Below, in pieces: positions 30,845 to 40,870 of a DNA stretch of 64,000 nucleotides (position 1 is its first letter; the number at the start of each line of letters is the position of its first letter). The stretch spans positions 4,524 to 68,523 of the forward strand of contig CAZTNG010000002.1 of assembly GCA_964615195.1 (NCBI GenBank). The letters are read 5' to 3'. The notes under the pieces were generated by a model. It had not been told where the DNA came from and searched no databases. It saw only the letters and a program-made list of their open reading frames with translations. The position numbers and the translations under genes were made by a program. The DNA is from an uncultured Enterobacterales bacterium. Its GTDB lineage: Bacteria; Pseudomonadota; Gammaproteobacteria; Enterobacterales; Succinivibrionaceae.

Positions 30845-31180
30845 ATGACTAAATTAATGTTATTGATTAATATAATGCTACTTTCATTATGTTCATCTAT
30901 TGCTTTTGGTGCTGATTATTTTATTGATGTTCGTTCAAACAAAGAATACGTTGAAGATCATATTCCAGGTAATCTCAATATTGTTCACTCTGATATTCTG
31001 CAAGGAGTAAAAGCTCATAATATACAGACTAGTGACCATATATACATATATTGTAGATCTGGTAAAAGAGCTTCAATTGCTCAAAAAACATTAAATGACG
31101 CAGGCTATCACAATACAACTAACCTTGGCGGTATTGAAGATGCTAGAAAATTCCTTGCAACTTACAACACAGATAAATAG
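30845..31180 (+). CDS. Periplasmic single-domain rhodanese (PspE-like thiosulfate sulfurtransferase)
   Basis: Signal peptide, FIDVRSNKEYVEDHIPG and the active-site loop CRSGKRA. Confidence 0.75.
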   Translation: MTKLMLLINIMLLSLCSSIAFGADYFIDVRSNKEYVEDHIPGNLNIVHSDILQGVKAHNIQTSDHIYIYCRSGKRASIAQKTLNDAGYHNTTNLGGIEDARKFLATYNTDK

Positions 31181-31186
31181 GAATTT

Positions 31187-31218
31187 ACGCCTATAAGAGC
31201 TAAATTATAGGCGTTTTT
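31187..31218. terminator. Rho-independent terminator after the rhodanese gene, convergent with tldD
   Basis: ACGCCTATAA-gagctaaa-TTATAGGCGT forms a 10-bp stem followed by TTTT. Confidence 0.65.
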
Positions 31219-31224
31219 AAATTA

Positions 31225-32748
31225 TTATTTGGTACCACCTATTGTAATATCTTCTATTCTTAGCATAGGTTGACCTATACCAACCGGCACTGATTGGCCT
31301 GCTTTTCCACAATAACCACAACCCTTATCAAATTTTAAATTATCACCAACCATGGTGATTTTTTTCATTTCATCTAAACAATTACCAATTAGTGTTACAC
31401 CTTTAACAGGATATTGTATTTTACCATTTTCAACGTAATAAGCTTCACTAGCTGTAAAAGTAAAATTACCTGAAGTAGGATCAACTTGTCCACCGTTAAA
31501 GTTAACAGCATAAATTCCTTGATCCAAACTAGATATTATCTCTTCAGGTTTACTTTTTCCTGGCTTTAAATATGTATTAGTCATTCTCGGTATTGGAGCC
31601 ATTTTAAAACTAGACCTTCTACCATTACCTGTTGAAGAAGTTTTCATTAAATTGGCATTAAGTTTGTCATACATAACTGCTTTAAAGACGCCATTTTCTA
31701 TAAGTACATTTTCTGCTGATGGTGTTCCTTCACTATCGAAATTATTGGTGCCAGTTCTTCCCAATAACGTTCCATCATCGACTACAGTACATAAATCAGA
31801 AGCTACATACTGACCTAGTTTACCAGCAAAAACAGACGATGACTTTCTTATTGCATCTCCCTCTAATCCATGTCCAACAGCTTCATGAATTAATACAGCA
31901 GGCCATCCAGACGCAAGAACAACAGGCATTTTTGCAGCTACAGCTTCTCTTGCATTAAGATTTACTATAGCTGATCTAACAGCATCTCTAGCAATAGCTA
32001 AATACCGCTTTTCAAAAGATACTATATTTGATGTGTCCGTAATATCTACAATGTAATTATCTGGAAGTACAGGAACAAGCTCCTCAAAATAGCTATAATT
32101 TCCAACAATAGCACTTGATGAGTGACCGTTCTCTCTCTCACCATTTTTTTCCACAATAATTGTACATCTCATTGTAGTTTTTGGTTTTATGTCAGCTGCT
32201 AATACTCCATCTGTTGTGGCAACCAAACTATGAACATAACTTGTACTAACAGAAGCTGTTACTCTTACAACTCTACTATCTAATTTATGCGCAAAATTAT
32301 CTATTTCTCTAAGGATTTCAGTTTTTCTAGCTCTTGTTATAGACAACATCGGATTTAAATTATCATATAAAAAATTATTTTCCCTGAACACACAAAGATC
32401 AGCAGAACCTGCACCTTGTAATCTTGATATTGAACTAGCAGCTCGTATTGTTTGATCCAAAGCTCTTTCATTAATCTCGTCTGAAAAAGCTAAAGCTGTC
32501 TTTTCTCCAATTACACCTCTAACCCCAAATCCTTGAGAAATACTAAATGCTCCATTTTTTACAATATGATCATCAAGTCCCCACCCTTCTTTAATTGAAT
32601 GTTGAAAATATATATCTCCAAAATCAATTGCTTTACCATTTAATTTTGCTAACATTTTTTCGATGTAACTTAAATCCAAATTGTTAGCAATCAAAATCTT
32701 CTCTTCAACTTTTTTTATAATTTCATTATTCTGATTCAAGATAAACAC
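31225..32748 (-). CDS. tldD: Metalloprotease TldD
   Basis: HEAVGHGLEGD zinc motif. GNGRRSSF...PRMTNTY. C-terminal GQPMLRIEDITIGG. The track start is GTG. Confidence 0.95.
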   Translation of the reverse strand: MFILNQNNEIIKKVEEKILIANNLDLSYIEKMLAKLNGKAIDFGDIYFQHSIKEGWGLDDHIVKNGAFSISQGFGVRGVIGEKTALAFSDEINERALDQTIRAASSISRLQGAGSADLCVFRENNFLYDNLNPMLSITRARKTEILREIDNFAHKLDSRVVRVTASVSTSYVHSLVATTDGVLAADIKPKTTMRCTIIVEKNGERENGHSSSAIVGNYSYFEELVPVLPDNYIVDITDTSNIVSFEKRYLAIARDAVRSAIVNLNAREAVAAKMPVVLASGWPAVLIHEAVGHGLEGDAIRKSSSVFAGKLGQYVASDLCTVVDDGTLLGRTGTNNFDSEGTPSAENVLIENGVFKAVMYDKLNANLMKTSSTGNGRRSSFKMAPIPRMTNTYLKPGKSKPEEIISSLDQGIYAVNFNGGQVDPTSGNFTFTASEAYYVENGKIQYPVKGVTLIGNCLDEMKKITMVGDNLKFDKGCGYCGKAGQSVPVGIGQPMLRIEDITIGGTK

Positions 32749-32751
32749 CTA

Positions 32752-33552
32752 TTATTTGTTAACTAAGGGCATATTATGTCTTATATCATCTACAAAGTTT
32801 AGATCAACATTAACACTTAAACTTTGAATCTCTGATTCTTTCTCTGCAATAGCAAGAATTTCGCCATTAGGATCAGCAATCAATGAATGACCATAACACT
32901 CATAACCATTTGAATTTTGGCCTGATAAATTTGCCCCTATTATATAAGATTGATTTTCTAAGGCTCTTGTTCTAAGTAACAATTCCCAATGTTTTTTCCC
33001 TGTTGATGCGGTAAATGCGGAAGGGACAACAATTATTGACGCCCCTTTTTTTCTTAACTTCATAAAATGAAGTGGAAATCTCAAATCAAAGCATACACTT
33101 AATCCAACTAAAGCAAATGGAGTTTTTACAATAACAACCTTTTTTCCAGCTGTATACACACTAGATTCTGAATATTTTATACCATTTACATTAGCACAAA
33201 ATAAATGATTTTTATTGTACTTTGCTAGAATTTCACCTTTGTTAGACAAAAATATTGAAGTGATGTAGTAATGCCCTAATTTTTCTGTTGGAATAGATCC
33301 CATAACCATAAAAACATTATATTTTTTAGCTAATAACTTCATCTTATCAAGAATCTTATATATAAAAATATCTTCAATAATCTTCTTTACAGATTTCAAG
33401 TCTACAGCGTAGCCTAAAAAATTCTCTGGTAATACAACTAACGTATAATCAGATAATTCATTACTTATCTTCATTAATTCTTTATCTATCAAATCTAAAG
33501 TCTTTTCATAACTTCTATTGCTAGATTTTAGTTCAATTGCAACTAATTTCAT
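32752..33552 (-). CDS. Carbon-nitrogen hydrolase (nitrilase superfamily) protein
   Basis: Glu...Lys...Cys pattern with the catalytic Cys in LSVCFDLRFP. Sits upstream of tldD as in Vibrio/Pseudomonas. Confidence 0.78.
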   Translation of the reverse strand: MKLVAIELKSSNRSYEKTLDLIDKELMKISNELSDYTLVVLPENFLGYAVDLKSVKKIIEDIFIYKILDKMKLLAKKYNVFMVMGSIPTEKLGHYYITSIFLSNKGEILAKYNKNHLFCANVNGIKYSESSVYTAGKKVVIVKTPFALVGLSVCFDLRFPLHFMKLRKKGASIIVVPSAFTASTGKKHWELLLRTRALENQSYIIGANLSGQNSNGYECYGHSLIADPNGEILAIAEKESEIQSLSVNVDLNFVDDIRHNMPLVNK

Positions 33553-35022
33553 TTACATCATTACAACATCAAATTTTTCACGACGATATAGTGGTTCAGA
33601 GTGTATTTCAATTTGTTTTCCAATAAAAACTTCCAACTCTCCAACAGAGTGTTGCTCATCTAACATTAATGCATTAGCTACATCATTAGATGCATAAACA
33701 ATAAACTTATCTGCCTTATATGCTCTATTTACACGTAAAACTTCACGTAAAATTTCATAGCATACGGATGAAATTGTTTTTACTGAACCTCTACCTTTAC
33801 ATTCAGGGCATTCACAACATAACAAATGGCCTAAACTTTCCCTAGTTCGTTTTCTAGTCATTTCCACTAGCCCCAATTCAGAAAAGTTGCATACAGTTGT
33901 TTTTGCCCTATCTTTGCTTATTTCAGATAATAAAGAAGACATTACTCTTTCTCTATGAGTTTGTGATAGCATATCTATAAAGTCAATAATTATAATTCCA
34001 CCTAAATTTCTCAATCTTAATTGCCTTGCAATAGAACTCGTTGCTTCTAGGTTTGTATTAAATATCGTTTCTTCTAGATTATGATGTCCAACAAAAGCTC
34101 CAGTATTTACATCAATAGTTGTCATTGCTTCTGTCTGATCAATAATAAGTGAACCTCCACTTTTTAGTTCCACTCTTCTTTCTAAAGCTCTTTGAATTTC
34201 ATTTTCCACATCATATAAATCAAAAAGCGGAGTATTACCTTGATAATGTTCTATTTTATCCACCGCTTCAGGCACAAAATCACCACAAAATTTCGTTAAT
34301 TCTATGTATGTAATCTTTGAATCCACCTTAATTTTGTCCAAGGATGTCCCTACAAAATCACGTAGCAACCTAAACTCTATAGATAAATCTTCATGTAAAA
34401 GAGTACCTGCTTTAACAGTTTTATAACTATTACGTATGTTTATCCACAACCTCTTCAAAAAATTAGCATCTTGAGCAAGTTCTTGTTCAGATACCCCATC
34501 AGCGGCTGTTCTCACAATAAAGCCACCCACAGATTTATCCACATATGCACCAATAATATTTTTTAGTCTTAATCTTTCTTGAGCATCATCAATTTTTTGA
34601 GACACTCCTACATGTGCACTATCTGGTATAAATACTAAATATCTAGAAGGTAAAGTAATATCCGTTGTTAATCTAGCACCTTTTGTGCTAATTGGATCCT
34701 TTACAACTTGAACAAAAACATCTTGACCTTGACGTACCAAGCTAGATATATCTGCTGCTTTAAAATGTTCTTTTTCTTTTGGATTAACGCATTCTGTGTG
34801 GGGAACAATATCTGAAGCATGCAAAAAAGCTGCTTTATCATGTCCAATATCAACGAAAGCTGCCTGCATACCAGGCAAAACACGCATGACTTTACCTCTA
34901 TAAATATTCCCAACCATACTTGCCGTAGATGATCTTTCAACATATATTTCTTGCAAAATTCCTTGCTCAACTAAAGCAACTCTTGTCTCAGAAGGTGTGA
35001 CATTTACCAATAGTTCAATCAT
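33553..35022 (-). CDS. rng: Ribonuclease G
   Basis: S1 domain (GNIYRGKVMRVLPGMQAAFVDIG) plus the RNase E/G catalytic core. Follows maf. Confidence 0.95.
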   Translation of the reverse strand: MIELLVNVTPSETRVALVEQGILQEIYVERSSTASMVGNIYRGKVMRVLPGMQAAFVDIGHDKAAFLHASDIVPHTECVNPKEKEHFKAADISSLVRQGQDVFVQVVKDPISTKGARLTTDITLPSRYLVFIPDSAHVGVSQKIDDAQERLRLKNIIGAYVDKSVGGFIVRTAADGVSEQELAQDANFLKRLWINIRNSYKTVKAGTLLHEDLSIEFRLLRDFVGTSLDKIKVDSKITYIELTKFCGDFVPEAVDKIEHYQGNTPLFDLYDVENEIQRALERRVELKSGGSLIIDQTEAMTTIDVNTGAFVGHHNLEETIFNTNLEATSSIARQLRLRNLGGIIIIDFIDMLSQTHRERVMSSLLSEISKDRAKTTVCNFSELGLVEMTRKRTRESLGHLLCCECPECKGRGSVKTISSVCYEILREVLRVNRAYKADKFIVYASNDVANALMLDEQHSVGELEVFIGKQIEIHSEPLYRREKFDVVMM

Positions 35023-35025
35023 AAT

Positions 35026-35598
35026 CTAAACCTTTAATAATTTTAATATCTCTTCTCTTACCTCTACTTGAGGTAAACCAACGACAGAACTATAGCTTCC
35101 ATTTAGTTTAGATACAAACATTCCTCCAATACCTTGAATAGCATAACCACCTGCTTTATCTATTGGTTCTTTTGAAAGCCAATACAATTTAATATCTTCA
35201 TCACTTATGTATGACATTGTCACTTCTGTAGAAACAGTTTTCAATATTTGTTTATTTTTATAAAAAATTGCAAAGGAGGTAAAAACCACATGTGTCCTTA
35301 AACTTAAATCTTTCATCATTTTCATAAAATGATCAAAAGATTGTGGCTTGCCATATATTGTGTTACCGAGACTAACGACAGTATCTGCACTTAAAACTAA
35401 GGAATTTGGATATAAACAAGCTACAGCCTCCCCTTTATTTAGGGCCATTGATTCAACGTAATCGGTTGGAGATTCTGATATAAACCTTTGCCTTTCAATA
35501 TAACTAGATTTAACTACTGTACAAGCAAAGCCCATATTTGATAACAACTCCAATCTTCTTGGAGACGATGAGGCTAAAATGATATTACTCAATTTCAA
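35026..35598 (-). CDS. maf: Maf-like nucleoside triphosphate pyrophosphatase (YhdE type)
   Basis: ILASSSPRRLELL and GGYAIQG motifs. Follows mreD. Confidence 0.9.
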   Translation of the reverse strand: MKLSNIILASSSPRRLELLSNMGFACTVVKSSYIERQRFISESPTDYVESMALNKGEAVACLYPNSLVLSADTVVSLGNTIYGKPQSFDHFMKMMKDLSLRTHVVFTSFAIFYKNKQILKTVSTEVTMSYISDEDIKLYWLSKEPIDKAGGYAIQGIGGMFVSKLNGSYSSVVGLPQVEVREEILKLLKV

Positions 35599-36092
35599 AC
35601 TGCTCTATTTGGTTCTACAATGAAATATAACATATTAAGAATACCACACATTATTGGCCACAACAGCAATGTCGATAGACAAGACCAAAACATATTGTAA
35701 TCCACTGTTACAACACCAAAAATATGTTCTGTCCAAAATAGCAAAAACTGACCAATGAAATTGATTGTACCTACAACTATTGTTTTTTGCAAAAGTGAAT
35801 AAAAACCTATATTTTCAAATTGAGATGATACAATCCATGCCATAAACGCCATCGCAGCAGCATGAATTCCTAGTGTAGAACCCAACAAAATATCTAAGAA
35901 TAAACCAGCTATCCAACTTACCCCAACGTTTACTCTCTCAGGCGTAAAAATAACCCAATACAAAACGACCATAGGTACATAATTTGGAACGAAGTTATTA
36001 ACAACAACGGGTAACCTTAAAAGTGACATAACTAATGCTATAGCAATAGATAACCATATTAAAAGAAAGCTTCCTGTGTTACGCATTATCAT
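35595..36092 (-). CDS. mreD: Rod shape-determining protein MreD
   Basis: 165 aa polytopic membrane protein directly after mreC. Confidence 0.85.
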   Translation of the reverse strand: MIMRNTGSFLLIWLSIAIALVMSLLRLPVVVNNFVPNYVPMVVLYWVIFTPERVNVGVSWIAGLFLDILLGSTLGIHAAAMAFMAWIVSSQFENIGFYSLLQKTIVVGTINFIGQFLLFWTEHIFGVVTVDYNMFWSCLSTLLLWPIMCGILNMLYFIVEPNRAV

Positions 36093-36100
36093 TAGCTTTA

Positions 36101-36130
36101 CCTATTTTTACCTATTTTTATCTATTTTTG
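36101..36130. repeat. 3 x 10-bp direct tandem repeat at the mreC stop / mreD start junction
   Basis: The units read cctattttta, cctattttta and tctatttttg. The mreC stop codon (36108-36110) lies inside unit 1. Confidence 0.9.
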
Positions 36131-37034
36131 ATGAATTTGTATTTACCTTTACGTTAGCTCCTTCCATATCAGAATCCTTTTCATATTGATGAACAAACTC
36201 CGACTGCTCATCATCAGGCAATGAAACAAGTAACATATAACGCAATCTATCAAGTGCAGCTAAAGGTTGAGCTTTAATTTCAGCAAATTGCATTCCTTCT
36301 TTTCGATCAAACATAGTTACTTTTGCTACAGGATAACCTTTAGGAAATTTACCACCCAATCCTGATGTTATTAATATATCTCCAACTTTTATATCGACAT
36401 TTCGAGGCATATTAACAATATTTAATTCATTTACGATACCAGTACCAGAGGCAATTGCTCTTATACCATTTCGCATAACAACAACTGGAATTGCATGATT
36501 TTGATCTGAAATTAAAAGAACTCTACTCACTGTCGACGCGACGCTGATCACCTGGCCAACTACACCATCTTCGTTAATAACAGGTTGTCCTTCATAAACT
36601 CCATCATCTTCGCCTCTATTTATCATAATAGTTAGCGAAAATGGATTACTGTCAACCATCATTATTTCTGCACCTATTTTTTTATAAGAACTTCTAATAG
36701 GTGAATTATTTAGTCTTCTTAGTTGGTCATTATCTTCAACAAGGCTATCAAAACTAAGAAGATCCGTTCTCATCTCAGAAATCTGATTTCGTAAAAACTT
36801 GTTCTCTTCTAAAAGCTCTTGATAAGAATATAATCTATCTGAAATATTATATGAAATTGAAGCTGGAGCATCAGCTAAATAAAAAACTGGAGTTAGGTAG
36901 CTTTCAACATAATATCGAAGGCTTTTAAACATATTAAAATGAGTATCACACACAATTAATATAAGTGACAGCAAACCAGATAAAATGAATCTTGTATTCG
37001 CTGTCATTCCTGTAAAACCTATTTTTTCACTCAT
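36108..37034 (-). CDS. mreC: Rod shape-determining protein MreC
   Basis: N-terminal TM, coiled coil (LLEENKFLRNQISEMR), and beta-barrel domains with GDILITSGLGGKFPKGYPVA. Confidence 0.9.
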   Translation of the reverse strand: MSEKIGFTGMTANTRFILSGLLSLILIVCDTHFNMFKSLRYYVESYLTPVFYLADAPASISYNISDRLYSYQELLEENKFLRNQISEMRTDLLSFDSLVEDNDQLRRLNNSPIRSSYKKIGAEIMMVDSNPFSLTIMINRGEDDGVYEGQPVINEDGVVGQVISVASTVSRVLLISDQNHAIPVVVMRNGIRAIASGTGIVNELNIVNMPRNVDIKVGDILITSGLGGKFPKGYPVAKVTMFDRKEGMQFAEIKAQPLAALDRLRYMLLVSLPDDEQSEFVHQYEKDSDMEGANVKVNTNSSKIDKNR

Positions 37035-37051
37035 TGTATTTTAACTAGAAA

Positions 37052-38113
37052 CTATTCAAAAAGAGATATACCCTTAGAATCAAACATTTCTAAAGCTCTA
37101 CCACCACCTAAGGCTACACACGATAGCGGATCATTAGCGATTCTTACACTAACTTTAGTTTCAGTGCTAAGTATTTTATCAATATTACGTAGCAATGCAC
37201 CACCGCCTGTTATTATCATTCCAGAATTTGAAATATCTGCTGATAGTTCAGGAGGTGCATTATTCAATGCTGTAGCTACAGCAGTAATAACATTTTTTAA
37301 TGGGTCTCTAAGCGCTTCTTGAATTTCTGTTGAAGTGATGGTAATTGACCTAGGAGCTTGTTCAACCAAACTTTGCCCCCTTATTTCCATAGATCTTTTT
37401 TCGTCATCTTCGTCTTCCACAGCACAACCGATTTCTATCTTTATTTTTTCTGCAGTCACTTCACCTATTTCTAAGCGGTGTTTCTCACGGATATATCTTA
37501 CAATTGCCTGGTCAAACTTATCTCCACCAGTTCTAACAGAAGAAGCGTATACAATGCCACTCAACGCTATAATTGCGACTTCCGTGGTACCTCCGCCGAT
37601 ATCAATAACCATAGAACCTCTTGCTTCAGTAACGGGAAGTTCTGCACCTACTGCAGCAGCCATTGGTTCTGTAATTAAGAAAACTTCTCTCGCACCAGAA
37701 CGAATTACTGAATTTCTAATTGCATTTCTTTCTACTGGAGTTGAACCGTAAGGCACACAAACAAGAACCCTAGGAGCACCTTTTATAAAACTCAAAAATC
37801 TACTAGTTTTAGAAACTATGGTTCGCATAAATTCTTCAAGCATTCTTTCAGTATACTGACAATCAGCTATAACTCCATCTTTCATTGGCCTTATAACCTT
37901 AATATTATCAGGTGCCTTACCTAACATTTCCTTTGCTTTTTTACCTACGGCTAAAGGTATTGAATTTCTATTTCTAGAACGTTCATCCTTTATTGCAACA
38001 ACTGAAGGCTCATTAAGTACAATTCCTTGTGACTTAACATAAATTAGTGTATTTGCTGTACCTAGGTCTATTGACAGATCGTTAGAAAAAAGGCCTCTAA
38101 GTTTTTTAAACAT
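37052..38113 (-). CDS. mreB: Actin-like rod shape protein MreB
   Basis: [25 protein letters not shown] and ITGGGALL motifs. Confidence 0.97.
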   Translation of the reverse strand: MFKKLRGLFSNDLSIDLGTANTLIYVKSQGIVLNEPSVVAIKDERSRNRNSIPLAVGKKAKEMLGKAPDNIKVIRPMKDGVIADCQYTERMLEEFMRTIVSKTSRFLSFIKGAPRVLVCVPYGSTPVERNAIRNSVIRSGAREVFLITEPMAAAVGAELPVTEARGSMVIDIGGGTTEVAIIALSGIVYASSVRTGGDKFDQAIVRYIREKHRLEIGEVTAEKIKIEIGCAVEDEDDEKRSMEIRGQSLVEQAPRSITITSTEIQEALRDPLKNVITAVATALNNAPPELSADISNSGMIITGGGALLRNIDKILSTETKVSVRIANDPLSCVALGGGRALEMFDSKGISLFE

Positions 38114-38284
38114 ATCGAAGAATCCAGATATTTTATATTTCTAAATGCATGAACATTACGCAAAGGGTAAACCACCAAACAATACGAATGCCAATTCTAG
38201 AAGATTATAACATAATCAAACATTAAATACGTACATTTGCATAGTATAAATAATGATCTTCATAACCTATTTTACTTAAATTAT

Positions 38285-38833
38285 CTAGAATGTATCTCTC
38301 CATCTTACATCGGTAGCCGTTGTAGTAATATGTCTAGTTAAATTATAGTACCTATTCCCCTCGGAGTTATCATTGAAAGGTACCTCACATATAGCTTCAG
38401 AATCAATAATATATTCATATTTCACGTCTGCATAACTATCAGAAGAATTCAAATCCTTAACTAAAATACTAAGTTTATTAATATAACATCCACTATAAAC
38501 AACACTACAAAAATTTTGGTCATTATTACCTTTACAGTTATCAATCAAAACTAACGCTGAGCTTTTATAATTTTCAGGGCCTTTCCCTATACCCCATATT
38601 GCTGATTCACTCGAATTAGCAGTATTTGGGAAAAACAAAGCTGCTAACGCAAATTCAGTACCACTACGGGCTAATGCATCTGCTTGTGTACCCAATACTG
38701 AAGTCAATTGAGTTTGATTAGAGCCTATTATTAATCTAGATACTATTGCTATTAATGAAGTGAAAACTAATATAACAAAAACAGCAGTAATCAGCATTGA
38801 TCCTTTTTTAAAAGTGTTATGGAGCATTACCAA
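38285..38833 (-). CDS. mshP: MSHA pilus biogenesis protein MshP-like
   Basis: Last gene of the msh series, next to mreB as in V. cholerae. Hydrophobic N-terminus KKGSMLITAVFVILVFTSL without a G/F cleavage site. Confidence 0.55.
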   Translation of the reverse strand: MVMLHNTFKKGSMLITAVFVILVFTSLIAIVSRLIIGSNQTQLTSVLGTQADALARSGTEFALAALFFPNTANSSESAIWGIGKGPENYKSSALVLIDNCKGNNDQNFCSVVYSGCYINKLSILVKDLNSSDSYADVKYEYIIDSEAICEVPFNDNSEGNRYYNLTRHITTTATDVRWRDTF

Positions 38834-39650
38834 CCTCCATCATTTGACTTACACTCATTGATTGACCTTTAGATGTAGTCAAAAGGCCTATTAAAATTGA
38901 ATTTTGATTACTTGCGTTTAATGATACATAACTATTACTCTGTTTGACCATATTGAACATCATACCTTGGACAAGATACCTATCACTATTCAAACTACTA
39001 CCACAAACTAAAGAATTATTAACAAATGATCCGTCTGTATCTGGAACATATGTTCCACAATCATAATACAAATTATTAGATTCAACATAATACCTTCTAT
39101 AACTGCATGAATCTATTATATAAGCTCTATTGGCATTCGATATGGAAGAATTAAATACAGAAGGAGTACCGTCAAGTGTTACAATGACAAGTCCCTTTGA
39201 TTCATAAAAGTCTTCAATTTTTTTTATTTTTATTTGCTTAAGATATTTATTAGAGTCAATTATCGCCAATTTTTGTTCGTACGTGTTACCAGCCAATAGT
39301 GGGCACGAATCTTTCGAATGAAAAATATCATTTACCTGTTTTTGACTTACAGACAAAACGATTTCTGAAGGAGAAGCTTTAATTATTCGATAAGTACCTA
39401 TAGGTTGTACAAACTCTAAATATTTATTTGATTTTACATTGATTTGATATGGAATTGACATCGAAATTTGTCTTTGTATTCTTAACATTACGTTTCTTGT
39501 ATAACTTGCTAACTCAACCCTAGCAACTGTATCGCCAAAAAACTCAGCTCCCATTCCAATAAAAGATACCACACTTATTGCAGAGATTCCTAAAAGGATC
39601 ATACACACAACTAATTCAATTAAGGTAAAACCTCTTTTTATATTCATCAA
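38817..39650 (-). CDS. mshO: MSHA minor pilin MshO-like
   Basis: Prepilin N-terminus MMNIKRG/FTLIELVVCMILLG. Position. Confidence 0.6.
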   Translation of the reverse strand: MMNIKRGFTLIELVVCMILLGISAISVVSFIGMGAEFFGDTVARVELASYTRNVMLRIQRQISMSIPYQINVKSNKYLEFVQPIGTYRIIKASPSEIVLSVSQKQVNDIFHSKDSCPLLAGNTYEQKLAIIDSNKYLKQIKIKKIEDFYESKGLVIVTLDGTPSVFNSSISNANRAYIIDSCSYRRYYVESNNLYYDCGTYVPDTDGSFVNNSLVCGSSLNSDRYLVQGMMFNMVKQSNSYVSLNASNQNSILIGLLTTSKGQSMSVSQMMEVGNAP

Positions 39651-40408
39651 TAATTACCTCTTAGCATTCTGTATTTATAAATGCTTCCTTGAGGAGTTAC
39701 TATTGCCAAATCTACAGTTTTAATTTGAGCAAATGGATAAACACCATTTACCAAAATGGGAGATTTCAAAATTCCTAAATAGTCTTTCCCATTAATTGTG
39801 GTCACAGAAGGATTTTGCGAAACATGAATATAAACATAAAAATCTTTATACGCAACATCATATAATTCAACAACACTTTTTTGGCTATCAATCCAATCTC
39901 CAAAAACAGCTGTTGTAAAAAATGAAGCCTGAATTATGCATTTAGATGTGGAATTTCCACATAATTCTAAATTACCACCACATAAATTTTTAACATCATT
40001 ACTTCCCTTAGAGCATAGCAAATTGGTATCAAAATCATCTACATCGTTAAAACCATCAGGAGTAGTAGATTCTTTTTCATTTGGCGTATCTGGACCAAAT
40101 TCACTTGGTTTGGAACAATCTACATTTGGACAAAGCTTCAAACTATCACTACTTACACCTACACTAGATTCTCCACACCTACATTCACTCCCATTATGAT
40201 CTGAATTTTCATCATATGAAACAGCATAAATACGAGATATTACATGATCTGCTAGCATTGATGCTTTAGCTTCAAAAATTGGATTTATAGATGCTTCCCT
40301 AAATGAGAAAAAGACTGAAATAATACCAGACAAGGCTATAGAAATTATAACTAACCCAAGGATCACTTCGATTAACGTAAAACCTTTTAAAAAATATCCA
40401 TGCCTCAT
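39647..40408 (-). CDS. mshD: MSHA minor pilin MshD-like
   Basis: Prepilin N-terminus MRHGYFLKG/FTLIEVILGLVII. I prefer the ATG at 40408, which makes an ATGA overlap with the upstream stop, over the track start at 40450. Confidence 0.55.
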   Translation of the reverse strand: MRHGYFLKGFTLIEVILGLVIISIALSGIISVFFSFREASINPIFEAKASMLADHVISRIYAVSYDENSDHNGSECRCGESSVGVSSDSLKLCPNVDCSKPSEFGPDTPNEKESTTPDGFNDVDDFDTNLLCSKGSNDVKNLCGGNLELCGNSTSKCIIQASFFTTAVFGDWIDSQKSVVELYDVAYKDFYVYIHVSQNPSVTTINGKDYLGILKSPILVNGVYPFAQIKTVDLAIVTPQGSIYKYRMLRGNY

Positions 40409-40866
40409 TTCCATGAAATACTTCCTTCTTGAGTTATTGATACAGTACAATAAAACTCTGAATCAACACCATTAATTTTAATCGACTTCGTACCATCAAT
40501 GGAAGGAATATTAGAACTACTCATTGGAGACAATTGACCCAATCCATTAAATTTAATTTTAGATTCCGTCAAAGACATTGTGCTTAGCATTACTGGATTA
40601 TGCCATTTGCTTTTATCATTACATTCAGTACTTAAACAATAACCAAAACCATCAACCGAACTTATAAAATAAACGTCAGTGGTTACACCTTGATTAATGT
40701 TAATATTTTGAACTTCTCTCAATAAAGCTGATGCCTCACGACAATATTGATAGTGATCAGAGGATCTAGATGAAAGATTAGCAGCTGCATATGCTGATAA
40801 AATACCAATTATCAACATTACACAAACAAATTCAATTAACGTAAATCCTCTGATATATTTTATCAT
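40405..40866 (-). CDS. mshC: MSHA minor pilin MshC-like
   Basis: Prepilin N-terminus MIKYIRG/FTLIEFVCVMLIIG. 153 aa. Position after the major pilin. Confidence 0.55.
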   Translation of the reverse strand: MIKYIRGFTLIEFVCVMLIIGILSAYAAANLSSRSSDHYQYCREASALLREVQNININQGVTTDVYFISSVDGFGYCLSTECNDKSKWHNPVMLSTMSLTESKIKFNGLGQLSPMSSSNIPSIDGTKSIKINGVDSEFYCTVSITQEGSISWK

Positions 40867-40870
40867 TATA

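Noticed and set aside
36101-36130. The 3 x 10-bp tandem repeat at the mreC/mreD junction, considered as a possible slipped-strand phase-variation switch.
   Set aside because: There are only three imperfect copies. The unit is mostly in the last six codons and the 3' spacer of mreC, so copy changes would barely alter MreC. mreD has its own start 9 nt away. More likely this is a chance A/T-rich duplication. It is kept as a repeat feature only.
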